Assembly: GCA_965287045.1 (NCBI GenBank)
Contig: OZ336891.1
Span: forward strand, 38,936,001 to 39,000,000
Direction of reading: 5' to 3'
Source of the DNA: Carcharhinus amblyrhynchos
Taxonomy: Eukaryota
DNA length: 64,000 nucleotides
Part shown: one piece after another, positions 11,070 through 22,219 of the stretch
How positions within the stretch are numbered: the first letter of the stretch is position 1
How the letters are laid out: each line of letters opens with the position of its first letter
The notes under the pieces: model-generated
What the model was told of the DNA's origin: nothing
What the model saw: only the letters and a program-made list of their open reading frames with translations
The model's database searches: none
Program-made: the position numbers and the translations under genes

Positions 11070-12550
11070 TGGTGTCAGAAGTTGGCAGTATAGCACAAGG
11101 GCTTCGTCGTATTGACCCTCTCATCTTTGTTGAAAATATTATGGATAGTTGGGAAACATTTGAGAAGGAGTGGCATTTTTACTGCAGTGCTGTGTTGTCT
11201 GACAAGTCAATAAAGATGCAGGCTTATTTATACCTATGTCTCACAAATATGATTGAGTTTTTTGAAAGGGTAACCAAGAAGGTAGATGAGGGCAGTGCAG
11301 TTGATATTGTCTACATGGACTTTAGCAAGGCCTTTGCCAAAGTACCGCATGGTAGGTTGCATAAGGTTAAATCTCATGGGATCCAGTGTGAAGTATCTAA
11401 ATGGATACAAAATTGGCTTGATGACGAAAGCTAGAGAGTGGTTGTAGGGGGTGTTTTTCAAACTGGAGGTCTGTGACCAGCAGTGTGCCTCAGGGATCAG
11501 TGCTGGGTCATTTATATCATTATTTGGATAAGAAAGTAGGAGGCATGGTTAGAAAGTGTGCAGATGACACCAAGATGGGTGGCATAGTGACAGTGTGAAG
11601 AAAGTTATCTCTGATTGCAACAGGATCTTGATCAATTGGGTCAGTGGGCTGATGAATGGCAAATGAAGTTTAATTTAGATAAATGCAAGATCATACATTT
11701 TGGTAGACTGAACCAGGGCAAGACTTAATGGTAGAGTGTTGGGGAGAGTTACAGAACAAAAAGGTCTAGGGGTACAGGTTCATAGTTCCTTGAAAGTGAA
11801 GTCACAGGTGGACAGAGTGGTGAAGAAGGCATTCAGCATGCTTTGTTTCATTGGTCAGAACACTGAACACAGGAGTTGGGTCGTCTTGTTGAAGTTTTCA
11901 AGACATTCGTAAGGCTACACTTGGAATACCATGTACAGTTCTAATTACCCTATTATAGAAAGGGTATTATTAAACTAGAAAGAGTGCAGAAAAGATTTAC
12001 TAGGATGCTACTGGAACTTGATGGCTTGAGTTATAAGGAGAGGCTAGATAGGCTGAGACTTTTTTCTCTGGAGCATAGAAGGCTGAGGGGTGATCTTATA
12101 GAGGTCTATAAAATAATGAGGGACACAGATCAGCTAGATAGTCAATATCTTTTTCCAAAGGTAGGAAAGTCTAAAATTAGAGGGCATATGTTTAAGGTGA
12201 GAACGGACAGATACAAAACTGTCCTGAGAGGCAATTCTTTCACATAAACGGTGGTGAGTGTCTGGAACAAGCTGCCAGAGGTATAGTAGAGGCAGGTACA
12301 ATTTTGTCTTTTAAAAAAGCATTTAGACAGTTACATGGGTAAGCTGGGTATAGAGGGATATGGGCCAAATGTGGGCAATTGAGATTAGTTTAGGGGTTTA
12401 AAAAAAAGGGTGGCATGGGCCGTAGGGCCTGTTTCCATGCTGTAAACCCCTGTGACTCTATTAAACTTAACCAGCCTGAGGTCATTGAAAATATTGATTA
12501 GTTTGTTTTTAAGATGGAGAAGTAAAAAGAGGACGATGAAATTGATTTGG
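11070..12550 (+). mobile_element. Second, truncated gag start of the same Gypsy family, interrupted by CR1
   Basis: 11070-11236 (ENIMDSWETFEKEWHFYCSAVLSDK) aligns with 5726-5875. The match resumes at about 12461 (AAACTTAACCAGCC) after the CR1 insertion. Confidence 0.75.
11237..12460 (+). mobile_element. 5'-truncated CR1 (HER1-like) LINE
   Basis: [43 protein letters not shown]; C-terminal QKRFTRML..LSYKERLDRLRLFSLEHRRLRGDLIEVYKI; 3' UTR ends GGCCTGTTTCCATGCTGTAAACCCCTGTGACTCTA. Confidence 0.92.
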
Positions 12551-13009
12551 AAACTCTACATGTTCATAAAATCCCTCTTGGAATGACTGTAGCACCTGCT
12601 CCTGCTACAAGTACTGCAGGCTAGTTTTAACTTAAGCTAACCTTTCACAATTTTCATCCCGTGCTCAGGCATGCAGCAATTCAACAGTGCCTTCCACTGG
12701 CTGCATACTATAACCAGTAAAATTCGCAGGCAGCATAAGTTTGCATGCTACCTGCATCAGAAACAATGGGTATGACATAATCCTGCACAGCAATCCCCCT
12801 GCCTATTTTCAGGCACTGTCCAGACAAAAACAAAACATACTCAGTTATAAAACTTTATTATATATGTCAGCATGCATGTAACAATGAAAAATAAAAATGA
12901 ATTTCACATTTATTTGGTCTTTACACGACCAAAAGAATGGGATACAATTCTAGTTATTTTGCAGCTTCAACATTTAATTTGTAAAAAAAAATTGCATTTC
13001 AATACATAC

Positions 13010-13114
13010 AAATTTTCTTGCTGCTTCTTGGGGTATTCGGTACTTGTGATGAGCTTCTACAATGTATTCAAGGAGCTGTTGTTGTTCAGTAGTGAACTCT
13101 ACTCTCTCCTGGAT
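13010..13114 (-). CDS. NR1H5: NR1H5 coding exon 5: LBD helix 1, IQERVEFTTEQQQLLEYIVEAHHKYRIPQEAARKF
   Basis: 105-bp phase 0/0 exon, acceptor tatttcttgtacag|ATC, donor TTT|gtatgt. Similar to FXR helix 1 (ELTPDQQTLL..RMPQE). Confidence 0.92.
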
Positions 13115-13403
13115 CTGTACAAGAAATAGAAAAATATTCAGATTGTCCCAGTTCAGATTTGTCAGTCCTTATCTAAACTAGATGAATTATGGAGAGGTAT
13201 AGAGTTAGGTTTATGCGCTGTTAATGTGATCTTCCGAATCTTCCGATGCATTCGATGGCATTATGCCTTGAAGCACTGATTTACTTATTCTGACAGTTAG
13301 GATTCTGTGTGGTGACAGAGAGAAATGGAAATCACAGTAATGCATAAGTATGAGATTGCCCTGTGAGAAATCAAAGGAACCTCACCTGCTTTCTGATTTC
13401 GTT

Positions 13404-14557
13404 GGGCACAATTCACCAGACTGCATTCTAGGTAACCATGCCAGCAGGAAAACAGGAATGTTTCCTGCGGGCATTAGCAGTGCTTGTCAGGTGAGATTCA
13501 CCCACCCATTCAACGCAAATCCATGCATCATAGAAATCACACCTGCCAGCTCAGCTTTTTGGAGATTGAGACGCCATTTTTAAAGGTCTCCCCAATCTCA
13601 GCATTCATAGACAGGTCCCCTTCCACCCACAATGGAAAAGGTGACCCTACACTGAGCGGCAAGCACCCCCAACTCCACTACCACTGAGAATGGATCACCA
13701 CTCCCCTCCCACCATCACTCCCCACCAACACCATGCAAGCACAAGGGTAACCTGACTCCCCCATCAGACATAGATACCAATAGAGTCCTCCTAGGCTCCA
13801 CCTCCTCAGGACTCTTTCCTCCGCCTTCCCCACCTGCATCAGGCCGTCCTCCTGGTCCTGCTCCTTGGCAGTGCAAACTTTGCATTGCCCCTTGCAGCCT
13901 AGCACTGACACACTGGCCAGTGACACCCTGATCTGGTGCGGTGGACTCCAAGGGGGAGAAACGAGGTCCCTTTTCCACTGCCAGACTGCAGAAACAGAGT
14001 CTGCAGTGGGGGGCATGGAGATGAAATTTACTAGGTAATTTCAAAGTTTTCACGATACACAGAGAAAAATGAAGATTATAATCAGAAAGCTGCCTATAAT
14101 CACTATTCCAAAAGTGATCTTCAGGTTTCCCACGACTAGTAGGACACACCAGCCACAAGACCCCATCCCAGGGGAGAATCCCAAAGTCAACCACTTGCCC
14201 CCAGCCAGATCTCCCCAAACCCCTAGGTGCCTTTGGGTACCTCGTCTGTCGAAGAGGGTCACCTGGCAGCAGCAGAGGGCTACCTGACCAGAGCACTTAC
14301 CTCCTTGCCCTCCCTAGGATCCAGTGCACCAGGTCTACACTTGTCAGGACCTACACCAAAGCCCACATTGCGGGAGGGCTTATAATCAGGCTTCAAGCTG
14401 CCAACAACATGTAAAAGAGGTTTTGCATCATCATTGGGTTTCATGTGCTCTGGGCCCCGGTGTGTTTGCTGCCAGCAGGAATCCCAAATTAGCCCCAATG
14501 CCTGATTCAGTTATTGGAATTCCCACCAGTGACAAACAAAGTTGGTGAATCAGGCCA
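13404..14557. mobile_element. Non-autonomous TIR element (Harbinger-type MITE, about 1.15 kb)
   Basis: Ends GGGCACAATTCACC / GGTGAATCAGGCC. Colinear internal similarity with 45481-46843 (e.g. GGCAGCAGCA.AGG..ACTTACCTCC). Confidence 0.65.
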
Positions 14558-14689
14558 ATTATTTATAAGTCACACCCATGTATTAATTTTTGAAGATCTG
14601 CCATATTGTTGATTATACTGAGACAATAGTTACCAAGGAATTATTTTAAGATACCTATTTCTTATTGTGTTGTGATTAATGTAAGTCAC

Positions 14690-15110
14690 ATGGACCTGTA
14701 GATGTCCATGCAAAATAATGTTCCTTTCACATGAATAAAAATGAATTTTTTTCCATTAATTCCTGGCTGGTATATGATTATCAACACAAAATTGTGCAAA
14801 TGAATGGTGAAGTCTCTGGCATCCTGCACACAGCCTTCACCCTCACAAGATCCACATTCCATCCTTGATTGAAAAAGGGGAAGGCTCAACAGGCTGGCTG
14901 CTTGGGAATTTTGAAGACTCACTCATGCCATGGTTAATGACACCATTACGAACACAATCAAATGATGTTGGCAAGAGATATAATGAAACTGATATGTCCA
15001 CTCGAGTAACCACTGGGAGCACCACTGACATTCAGAAACAGAATGTCAATTTATAAAAGTGTATAGGATCATAATGGCCTGCTTTATGCTGCATAACCAG
15101 GCAATTGATA
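14690..15110 (+). mobile_element. Harbinger (HARBI1-like) DDE transposase remnant
   Basis: GWLLGNFEDSLMPWLMTPLRTQSNDVGKRYNETDMSTRVT matches the HARBI1/PIF motif GWLLGD.GY...WLMTP......RYN..H..TR. The catalytic D is lost. Confidence 0.8.
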
Positions 15111-15627
15111 TGGATAGGTAACAGTGGAATAAGAGGTGGACCATGCAAAGGAGCCAGTGAGCAAGTCAAAACTTCAACCAGACCACAGGGCAGTCAGGCT
15201 GTGACTGGCTGTTGGAGAACTTTCATTCTGGAAACAGTAACAGCCCGACATATGAACAGCAACAAGAACCTGCATTTTTAAACAGGTTACAGTAGCAAAG
15301 TGTTGCTAAGTACTTCACTGAGATGTAATCTAAAAAGCCATTGTAAAAATGGAGACCAAACAGCTATGCCACAGTTAAAGAATGGCTATGTACAATGCTA
15401 ATGATATCTTTCTAAGAGCATCAGAGTACACATCTGAGTTTTGTACAACAGCATCAAGCCCATGGGAAATGTGCAAATGTGAAGAGCATACTTATGGATG
15501 CACAAATCGATGTATAACTGCTTTGGTTCCTCATGCTTCACAGAAATAATACCTTTTGAAATTAGGAATATCATTACAAGAAGATATACAGTGAGATCTT
15601 TCTCATACTGAACCCAAATCATTTTAC

Positions 15628-15767
15628 CTTCCCAGCTTTGGTTGTAGATGAAACCTGTTTGCTGTCAACCCCATCTTCCTCCACCTTTATGTTGCAGAAA
15701 AGATCCATGACTTGCTTAGTGTTTTTCCGCAAACGTTTAGATTTACATTGGATTTCTGTCAGCAAAC
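15628..15767 (-). CDS. NR1H5: NR1H5 coding exon 4: CTE/hinge, (C)LLTEIQCKSKRLRKNTKQVMDLFCNIKVEEDGVDSKQVSSTTKAGK
   Basis: 140-bp exon, acceptor tatattcttccag|GT, donor AAG|gtaaaa. LLTEIQCKSKRLRK is FXR-diagnostic. Phase 1 in, phase 0 out. Confidence 0.95.
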
Positions 15768-17059
15768 CTGGAAGAATATAATAAATACTAAAACATTATC
15801 TACAATAAAAGTAAAATATTTAGTAATAAAGACCAACCACTTTCTCTTTTCATTCTCTTATGAACAGTCAGCCTTTATCCATCTGAGTCGCCATGATGCT
15901 TTGTTACAGTATACCTTTCACCTGTTAGAGACTGATCAGAACAAGATAACTCTAAGCCATGTGTTGCTGTAGACGTCTTGCTTGGTCAAATAAGAAGCTG
16001 CAGGTCTCATTTTCAAGCAGCGCCAGTGAGAAAACACTAGACACTCTGGAACCTGGCTTCTTTTCTCTCTTCCTCATCCACATTTATCTAGTTTGCTGAA
16101 GGGATGAAAATACCCTATGGTCTGTCTGAAATTTCATCTTGCTCATCCAAAACCAAGGTCACCCCGCAGACCACTAACAAGGGAGTAACCAGGAGTGTCT
16201 CACGTGGAAATTATGTCCACTTGCAGGCACTCACTCATCAGACAAGCATCAAAAAACACTCATCAGTCTTTAAAAAAATGCCTTTTTTTTCTTCCAGTGA
16301 ATTATTTTCCCCCTTTTAGGTCTTCTACTCCTCCCATTCCTAACTTCATTCTTTCCTCCTCTTCATCTTTTCTTATCTGTGTGTCTTTACTTTTTCTCCT
16401 GCTGCACTAGTTTTTTTTTGTTTGATTCTGGAATACTTTATGTTTTTTTCTTCCTCTTTTTTCCCCAATCCCAGCAATTCTATTTCCCATCTCCAGTCTT
16501 GAATCACCTGTCTTACTTTCTTTGGTATACTTCTACCGTGCCCTGGTTTGAAGCTTGTTGACTTTTACAAGTCACCTTTCAATGATGTCTTAACCCCTTC
16601 CCAAAATCTTCATTTTAAATATTAAGGTTGAAAACAGTAGAATTTGCTCACGTATAGAATGTTACAGAGGTGTAAATAGGTAATCTTTCAGGAGTAGAAT
16701 TTATGATTGGAAGGTCAAATTGAGAATAGTCTGTGCCAATCTGAGACATTGGGCATGTTCTTTCTGCCCTGCTGTGCTAGTCGACTAAAGTGGTGAGGCC
16801 AGAAAATAAAGCAAAGGCCAAAAAATCAGATTTGGACTCAGTGTCAAGCAGTTTGGTATCTTCCCAGCCACTTTTTCCTAGCATGATATTCTTTGTGTCG
16901 AAAATGGATGTGAATTGAATTTGAATGGATTGCAATGGTTTGCCAGAGAGGTTGGAGGAAGGTAATGGAGGAGTCAGGTGCTGGAAGTCCATGGGGTGTC
17001 AGGAGGTGCATAAACTTTGCACCCTCCTCAGTCCCCGACCTAATCTTGTGCTCCATCCA

Positions 17060-17830
17060 AAAAACCAAGCCTGCATTGATGACATTGTCCTATCTAGATC
17101 AACCACCTGTATCCCTTTAGTCATGGCCTGTTCATGTGTCTATCCAGATAAGTCTTAAATGTCATTTAACGTATCTGCCTCAACCACCTCACTTGGCAGT
17201 GCATTCCAGTCCCCACCTTCCCTATGTGTAAAAAAACTTATCCTGCACATCTCTACTGAATTTCCCACCGCCCCCCCCCCACCCCCCTTACCTTGAACTT
17301 GTGCCCCTTGTAATTGTCATTTCTGCCCTAGGAGAAAAGCTTCCAACTCTTCACCTTTTCTATGTCCTTCATCATGTTATAAGTTTCTATCAAGTCGCCC
17401 CTCAGCCTAGGTCTTTCCAGGGAGAACAATCCTAGTTTATTTAGTGTCTTCTCATTCTAATATCCTCAATACCAGGCAACATTCTGGTAAACATTTTCAG
17501 TACTCCCTCCAAAACTTCCATGTCCTTCTTGTAGTGTACTGACCAGGATTGGACTCAGTATTCCAAATGTGGCCTAACCAACATTTTACATAACTGAAAC
17601 ATAATTTGCCAACTTTTATACTCGATGCCTCAGCCTATGAAGTCAAACATTGCATATGCTTTCTTCACCATCTTTTCACCTGTACGACCACTTTTAATGA
17701 TCTGTGGACCTGTACTCCCAGACCTCTCTCTCTGTCTGTCTATGTTCTTGATGGTCCTGTCATTTATTTTATAGCTTCCATCTGGATTGGACCTACCAAA
17801 ATGCATCACATCACGTTGTCCAGAAAAATT
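17060..17830 (-). mobile_element. CR1 LINE 3' fragment
   Basis: Minus strand VMHFGRSN..YKINDRTIKNIDRQR..KKAYAM plus the CR1 C-terminal and 3' UTR region. Confidence 0.8.
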
Positions 17831-18279
17831 TTGGACCTTTGTTTGGTGGCAGCATGAATCCTGCACAGTCCTGTTCAGATAGACACTGCTGTGTGGCACC
17901 AAGGGCAACGAGATCCTTCTATTCACCAATTCCAGGTACAATACTGATCCGATTCAGTGACATAGGAGGGTCCATGGGTTCAGCAGCTCACTGCTGTCCA
18001 TAAAGACCAGCTTGGCCTGGGGATGGACAGCAGGAACCCATTTGCCCCAACAAAGTAGTAAACAGTGCATTAGGAATAGTGCAGCACTATGGCAGAAAGT
18101 TATTGCGTTGGTAAGTGGTAATGTGGAGGTTTGCGGGGAGTGCGGAATTGAGGGGACAGAAGAATGATAGTTAGGAAGTATCTGCAGGATTGTTGTTCAA
18201 AGTGTCCCAATGAACTAATTCTAATCTGCTCCCCTTGGCATCCATTCACCCTGATTCCGCTGCTAACAGTCCATGGTTC

Positions 18280-21110
18280 ACTAATATCCTTTAGGGAAGG
18301 AAATCTGCCTACAGATTTGGCCTGGCCTACATGTGACTCCAGAGCCACAGCAATGTGTTTGATTCTCAGCTGCCCTCTGAAATGGCCTAGCAAGCCACTC
18401 AGTTGAAACAATCACTACAAAATCTCAACAAAGAAGTGAAACCAGACGGTCCACCTGGCAGTGACCTAGGCATCGGAAAAGACAACAGCAAAACAAACAG
18501 CCCTGTTGACCCTGTAAAGCCCTCCTTACTAACATCTGGGAGCTACTGCCAAAGTTGGGAGAGCTGTCTTAGAAACTAGTCAAGCAATACCCTGAAGTCT
18601 CATGGCTTCAGGTTAAACATGGGCAAGGAAACCTCGTACTGGTTACCACATACCATCCTCCTTCGGCTGATGAATCAGTATTCCACCATGTTGAACAACA
18701 CTTGGAAGAAGCACTGAGGGTGGCAAGGGCAAAAAATGTACTCTGGATGGAGGATTTCAATGTTCGCCATCAAGAGTGGCTCGGCAGCAGCATCACTGAT
18801 CAAGCTAGTCAGGTCCTAAAGGATATAACTGCTAGACTGGACCTGCAGCAGGTAGTGATGGAACTAACAAGAGGAAATAACATCTTTGACCTCATGCTTA
18901 CCAATCTGCCAGCTGCAGATGCATCTGTCCATGACAGTATCAGTAAGAGTGACCACCGCACAGTCCTTGTAGAGACAAAGTCCTGCCTTCACATTGAGAA
19001 TAACCTCCATCGTGTTGTGTAGCATTATCACTGCACTAAATGGGGCAGACTTGGAACCAATCTAGCATTTCAAGACTGGGCATCCATGAGGCACTGTGGG
19101 CTGTTAACCACAGCGGAATTGTACTCCAGCATAATCTGCAACCTCACGGCCCAGCATATCCCCCACTCAATCATTACCATCAAGCCAGGGGATCAACCCT
19201 GGTTCAATGGAGGGTGCGGGAAGGCATGCCAGGAGCCATGCTGTGTCAACCTAATGGAGCTATAAAACAGGACTACTTGCATGCCAAATGGCATAAACAG
19301 CAAGTGATAAACAGAGCTAAGTGATCCCACAAGCAACGGATCAGACCTAAGCCTTGCAGTCCTTCCACATCTAACCATGAATAGTGGTGGAAAATCAAAC
19401 AACTCACTGGAGAAGGAGATTCCACAAATATCCCCATCCTAAATGATGGTGGAGCCCAGCACATCAGTGCAAAAGATAAGGCTGAAATATTCGCAACAAT
19501 CTTCAGCCAGAAGTGTTGAGTGAATAATCCATCTCGGCCTCCTCCAGTGGTCCTCAGCACCTCAGGTGTCAGCCTCCAGCCAATTTGATTCACTCACGTG
19601 ATATCAAGAAACGGCTGGAGGCACTAGATACTGCAAATGCAATGGGCCCTGATAACATTCCAACAATAGTACTAAAGACTTGTGCTCCAGAACTTGTCAC
19701 TCCCCTAGCCAAGCTCTCCCTATACAGTTACAACACTGGCATCTACCAAACAATATGGAAAATTGCCCAGGTATGTCCTGTACACAAAAAGCAGGACAAA
19801 TCCAACCCGGCCAATTATCACTCAGTCTATTCTCAATCATCAGCAAAGTGATGGAAAGGGTCATCAACAGTGCAATCAAACAGCACCTGCTCAGCAATAA
19901 CCTGCTCAGGGACGTCCAGTTTGGGTTTCGCCAGAGTCACTCAGCTCCTGACCCCATCACAGTATTTGTTCAAACATGGACAAAAGAGCTGAATTCCAGA
20001 GGTGAAGTGAGAGTGACAGTCTTTCACATCAAGGCCGCATTCAAACAGGTGTGGCAACAAGGAGCCTAGCAAAACTGGAATCAATGGGTGTCAGTCATCT
20101 CAGCTCTAGGACACCTCTGCAGGAGTCCCTCAGGATAGTGTCCTAAGCCAGACAATCTTCAGCTACTTTATCAATGACCTTCTCTCCATCATAAGGTCAG
20201 AAGTGGGAATGTTTGCCGATAATTGCACATGTTCAGCACCATTCACAACTCCTCAGATCTGAAGCAGTCCATGTTCAAATGCAACAAGATCTAGACAATA
20301 TCCAGGCTTGGGCTGACAAGTGGCTCGTAACATTCGTGCCACACAAATGCCAGGCAATGACCATCACCAATAAGAGACATTCTGACCACCACCCTTTGAC
20401 GTTCAATGGTGTAACCATCATTGAATCCCCTACTGTCAACATCATTGGGGTTACCATTGACCAGAAACTCAACTGGACTCACCACATAAATACAGTGGCT
20501 ACAAGAGCAGGTCAGAGGCTAGGAATACTGTGGCGAGTAACTCAATTCTTGACTCCCCAAAGCCTATCCACCATCTACAAGGTACAAATCAGGTGTATGA
20601 TGGAATACTCCCCACTTGCCTAAATGGGTGCAGCTCCAACAACACTCAAGAAGCTTGACACCATCCAGGGCAAAGTAACCTGCTAGATTGGCACCACATC
20701 TACAAACAATCAATCCCTCCATCACCAATGCTCAGGAGCAGAAGTGTATACTATCTACAAGTTGCACTGCAGCAATTCACCAAAGATCCTTAGACAGCAC
20801 CTTCCAAACCCATGATCACTTCCATCCAAAAGGACAAGGGCAGCAGATAAATGGGAATTCCACCACCTCCAACTTCCCCTCCAAGCCATTGATCATCCTG
20901 ACTTGGAAATATATTGCCGTTCCTTCACTGTCACTGGGTCAAAATCCTGGAATTCTCTCCCTAACGGTGTTGTGGATCAACTCACAGAACATGGACTACA
21001 GCGATTCAAGAAGGCAGCTCACCAGCACCTTCTCAAGGGCAACTATCGATAGGCAATAAATGCTGGCCAGCCAGCGATGCCAATGGCCTATGAATGAACA
21101 AAAAAAATTT
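18280..21110 (+). mobile_element. Long decayed LINE of a second CR1/L2-type family (APE endonuclease + RT + 3' tail)
   Basis: EN: NVLWMEDFNV..DLMLTN..SDHRTVLV. RT: GPDNIPTIVLKTCAPEL, QFGFRQSHS, GVPQDSVL, MFAD. Tail GGGCAACT..GGCAATAAATGCTGGCCAGCCAGCGATG..ATGAATGAACAAAAAAAA. Confidence 0.88.
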
Positions 21111-21586
21111 ACCACACACCCTTACCACTTCACCATGAGAGAGTATTTCTGCTCAGATGCTGGGATTGCAATGTCAGGAAATGGCCTGACACATGATTCC
21201 TACCTTAAAGATGAAAATCCGACTCCACAAGCCTGCCTTTACCCCATATCACTTCTGCATAACAAAAAAAATCTATCGATCTCAGATTTTAAAGCCTCAA
21301 TTATTAGCATCAACTGCCATTTACAGAAGAGAGCTTCAAATTCCTATCATGCTTAATTCCAAAAATGTTCACCTCTGAATGACCAGCCTGTCATATTTAA
21401 GATATGATTCTAGTTCTTGGCTCCCACCAAGCAGAAATAAATTTTCTCTATTTGCCCTTTCAGCTCCTCTTCATATTTTGAAAATTTACTAATTTCTCAT
21501 GGATGCTGGTTGAGTGTCAGGAAAGTCAGCCATAATTGTTTAGTGAGAATTATCTACTTTTGTTTTGGTGATAGTTAAAAACTTAC

Positions 21587-21727
21587 ACTCTGCCAGCATT
21601 CCCACTGCCTTGCATTTCTTCAGTCGACATTCCTGACATTTCCTTCTCATGTACATATCCATTTCACAATTGCCGCCAGTCTTACATTTGTACACTGCAT
21701 TCTTGGTGATACTGCGACGGAAGAATC
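21587..21727 (-). CDS. NR1H5: NR1H5 coding exon 3: second zinc finger, (G)[46 protein letters not shown](C)
   Basis: 141-bp phase 1/1 exon, acceptor ttttccatttag|GA, donor GAGT|gtaagt. All four cysteines intact. KKCKAVGM is the FXR-beta-type ending (FXR-alpha has RKCKEMGM). Confidence 0.96.
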
Positions 21728-21879
21728 CTAAATGGAAAATTAGACAATTACATATAAATGATTAATTCCTTGTTGTCCTTTTTTCAAATATGATGGGTTG
21801 CATTAATTGCTTATTTCTGTTCCTGCATTCCCCATATCCTACTCCAAACAACACATTGTTTTGTTGGCTACTTTATGTT

Positions 21880-22200
21880 GAAAAGGTGCTTCGCCTTGTT
21901 AGACAGACTAGAACTAATGAACAATAAAGGGTCTCCAATTAGGGTGGAGAGGACAAGAAATATTTTCTCTTCGGGTTATGAGTCTTTGGATATCTCTTTC
22001 CCAAGAGCTGTGGAGGTAGGATCATTGAATATTTCTAAGGTAGAGATAGGTAGATTCTTGACTAACAAGGCTTTCAAAGGTTATTGGAGGTAGGCAGAAT
22101 GTGTAGGTAGTGTCACAATCAGATCAGTTGTGATCTTTTTGAATGGTGGTACAAATTTGAAGGGCTGCATGGCCTACTCCTGCTCCTAATTTGTATTCAT
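21880..22200 (+). mobile_element. CR1 LINE 3' end fragment
   Basis: AGAGCTGTGGAGG..GATAGGTAGATTCTTG..AAGGGCTGCATGGCCTACTCCTGCTCCTA is the CR1 3' UTR. Confidence 0.7.
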
Positions 22201-22219
22201 AATTCATATGCATAAATAA

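Noticed and set aside
16280-16520. Pyrimidine-rich tract and its hydrophobic ORFs
   Set aside because: Low-complexity intronic sequence; the Phe/Leu/Ser-rich translations are compositional artefacts.
21570-21586. FXR-alpha-type alternative donor adding MYTG after the DBD exon
   Set aside because: The intron starts gtaagtttttaact, with no GT at +13/+14 and no MYTG coding potential.
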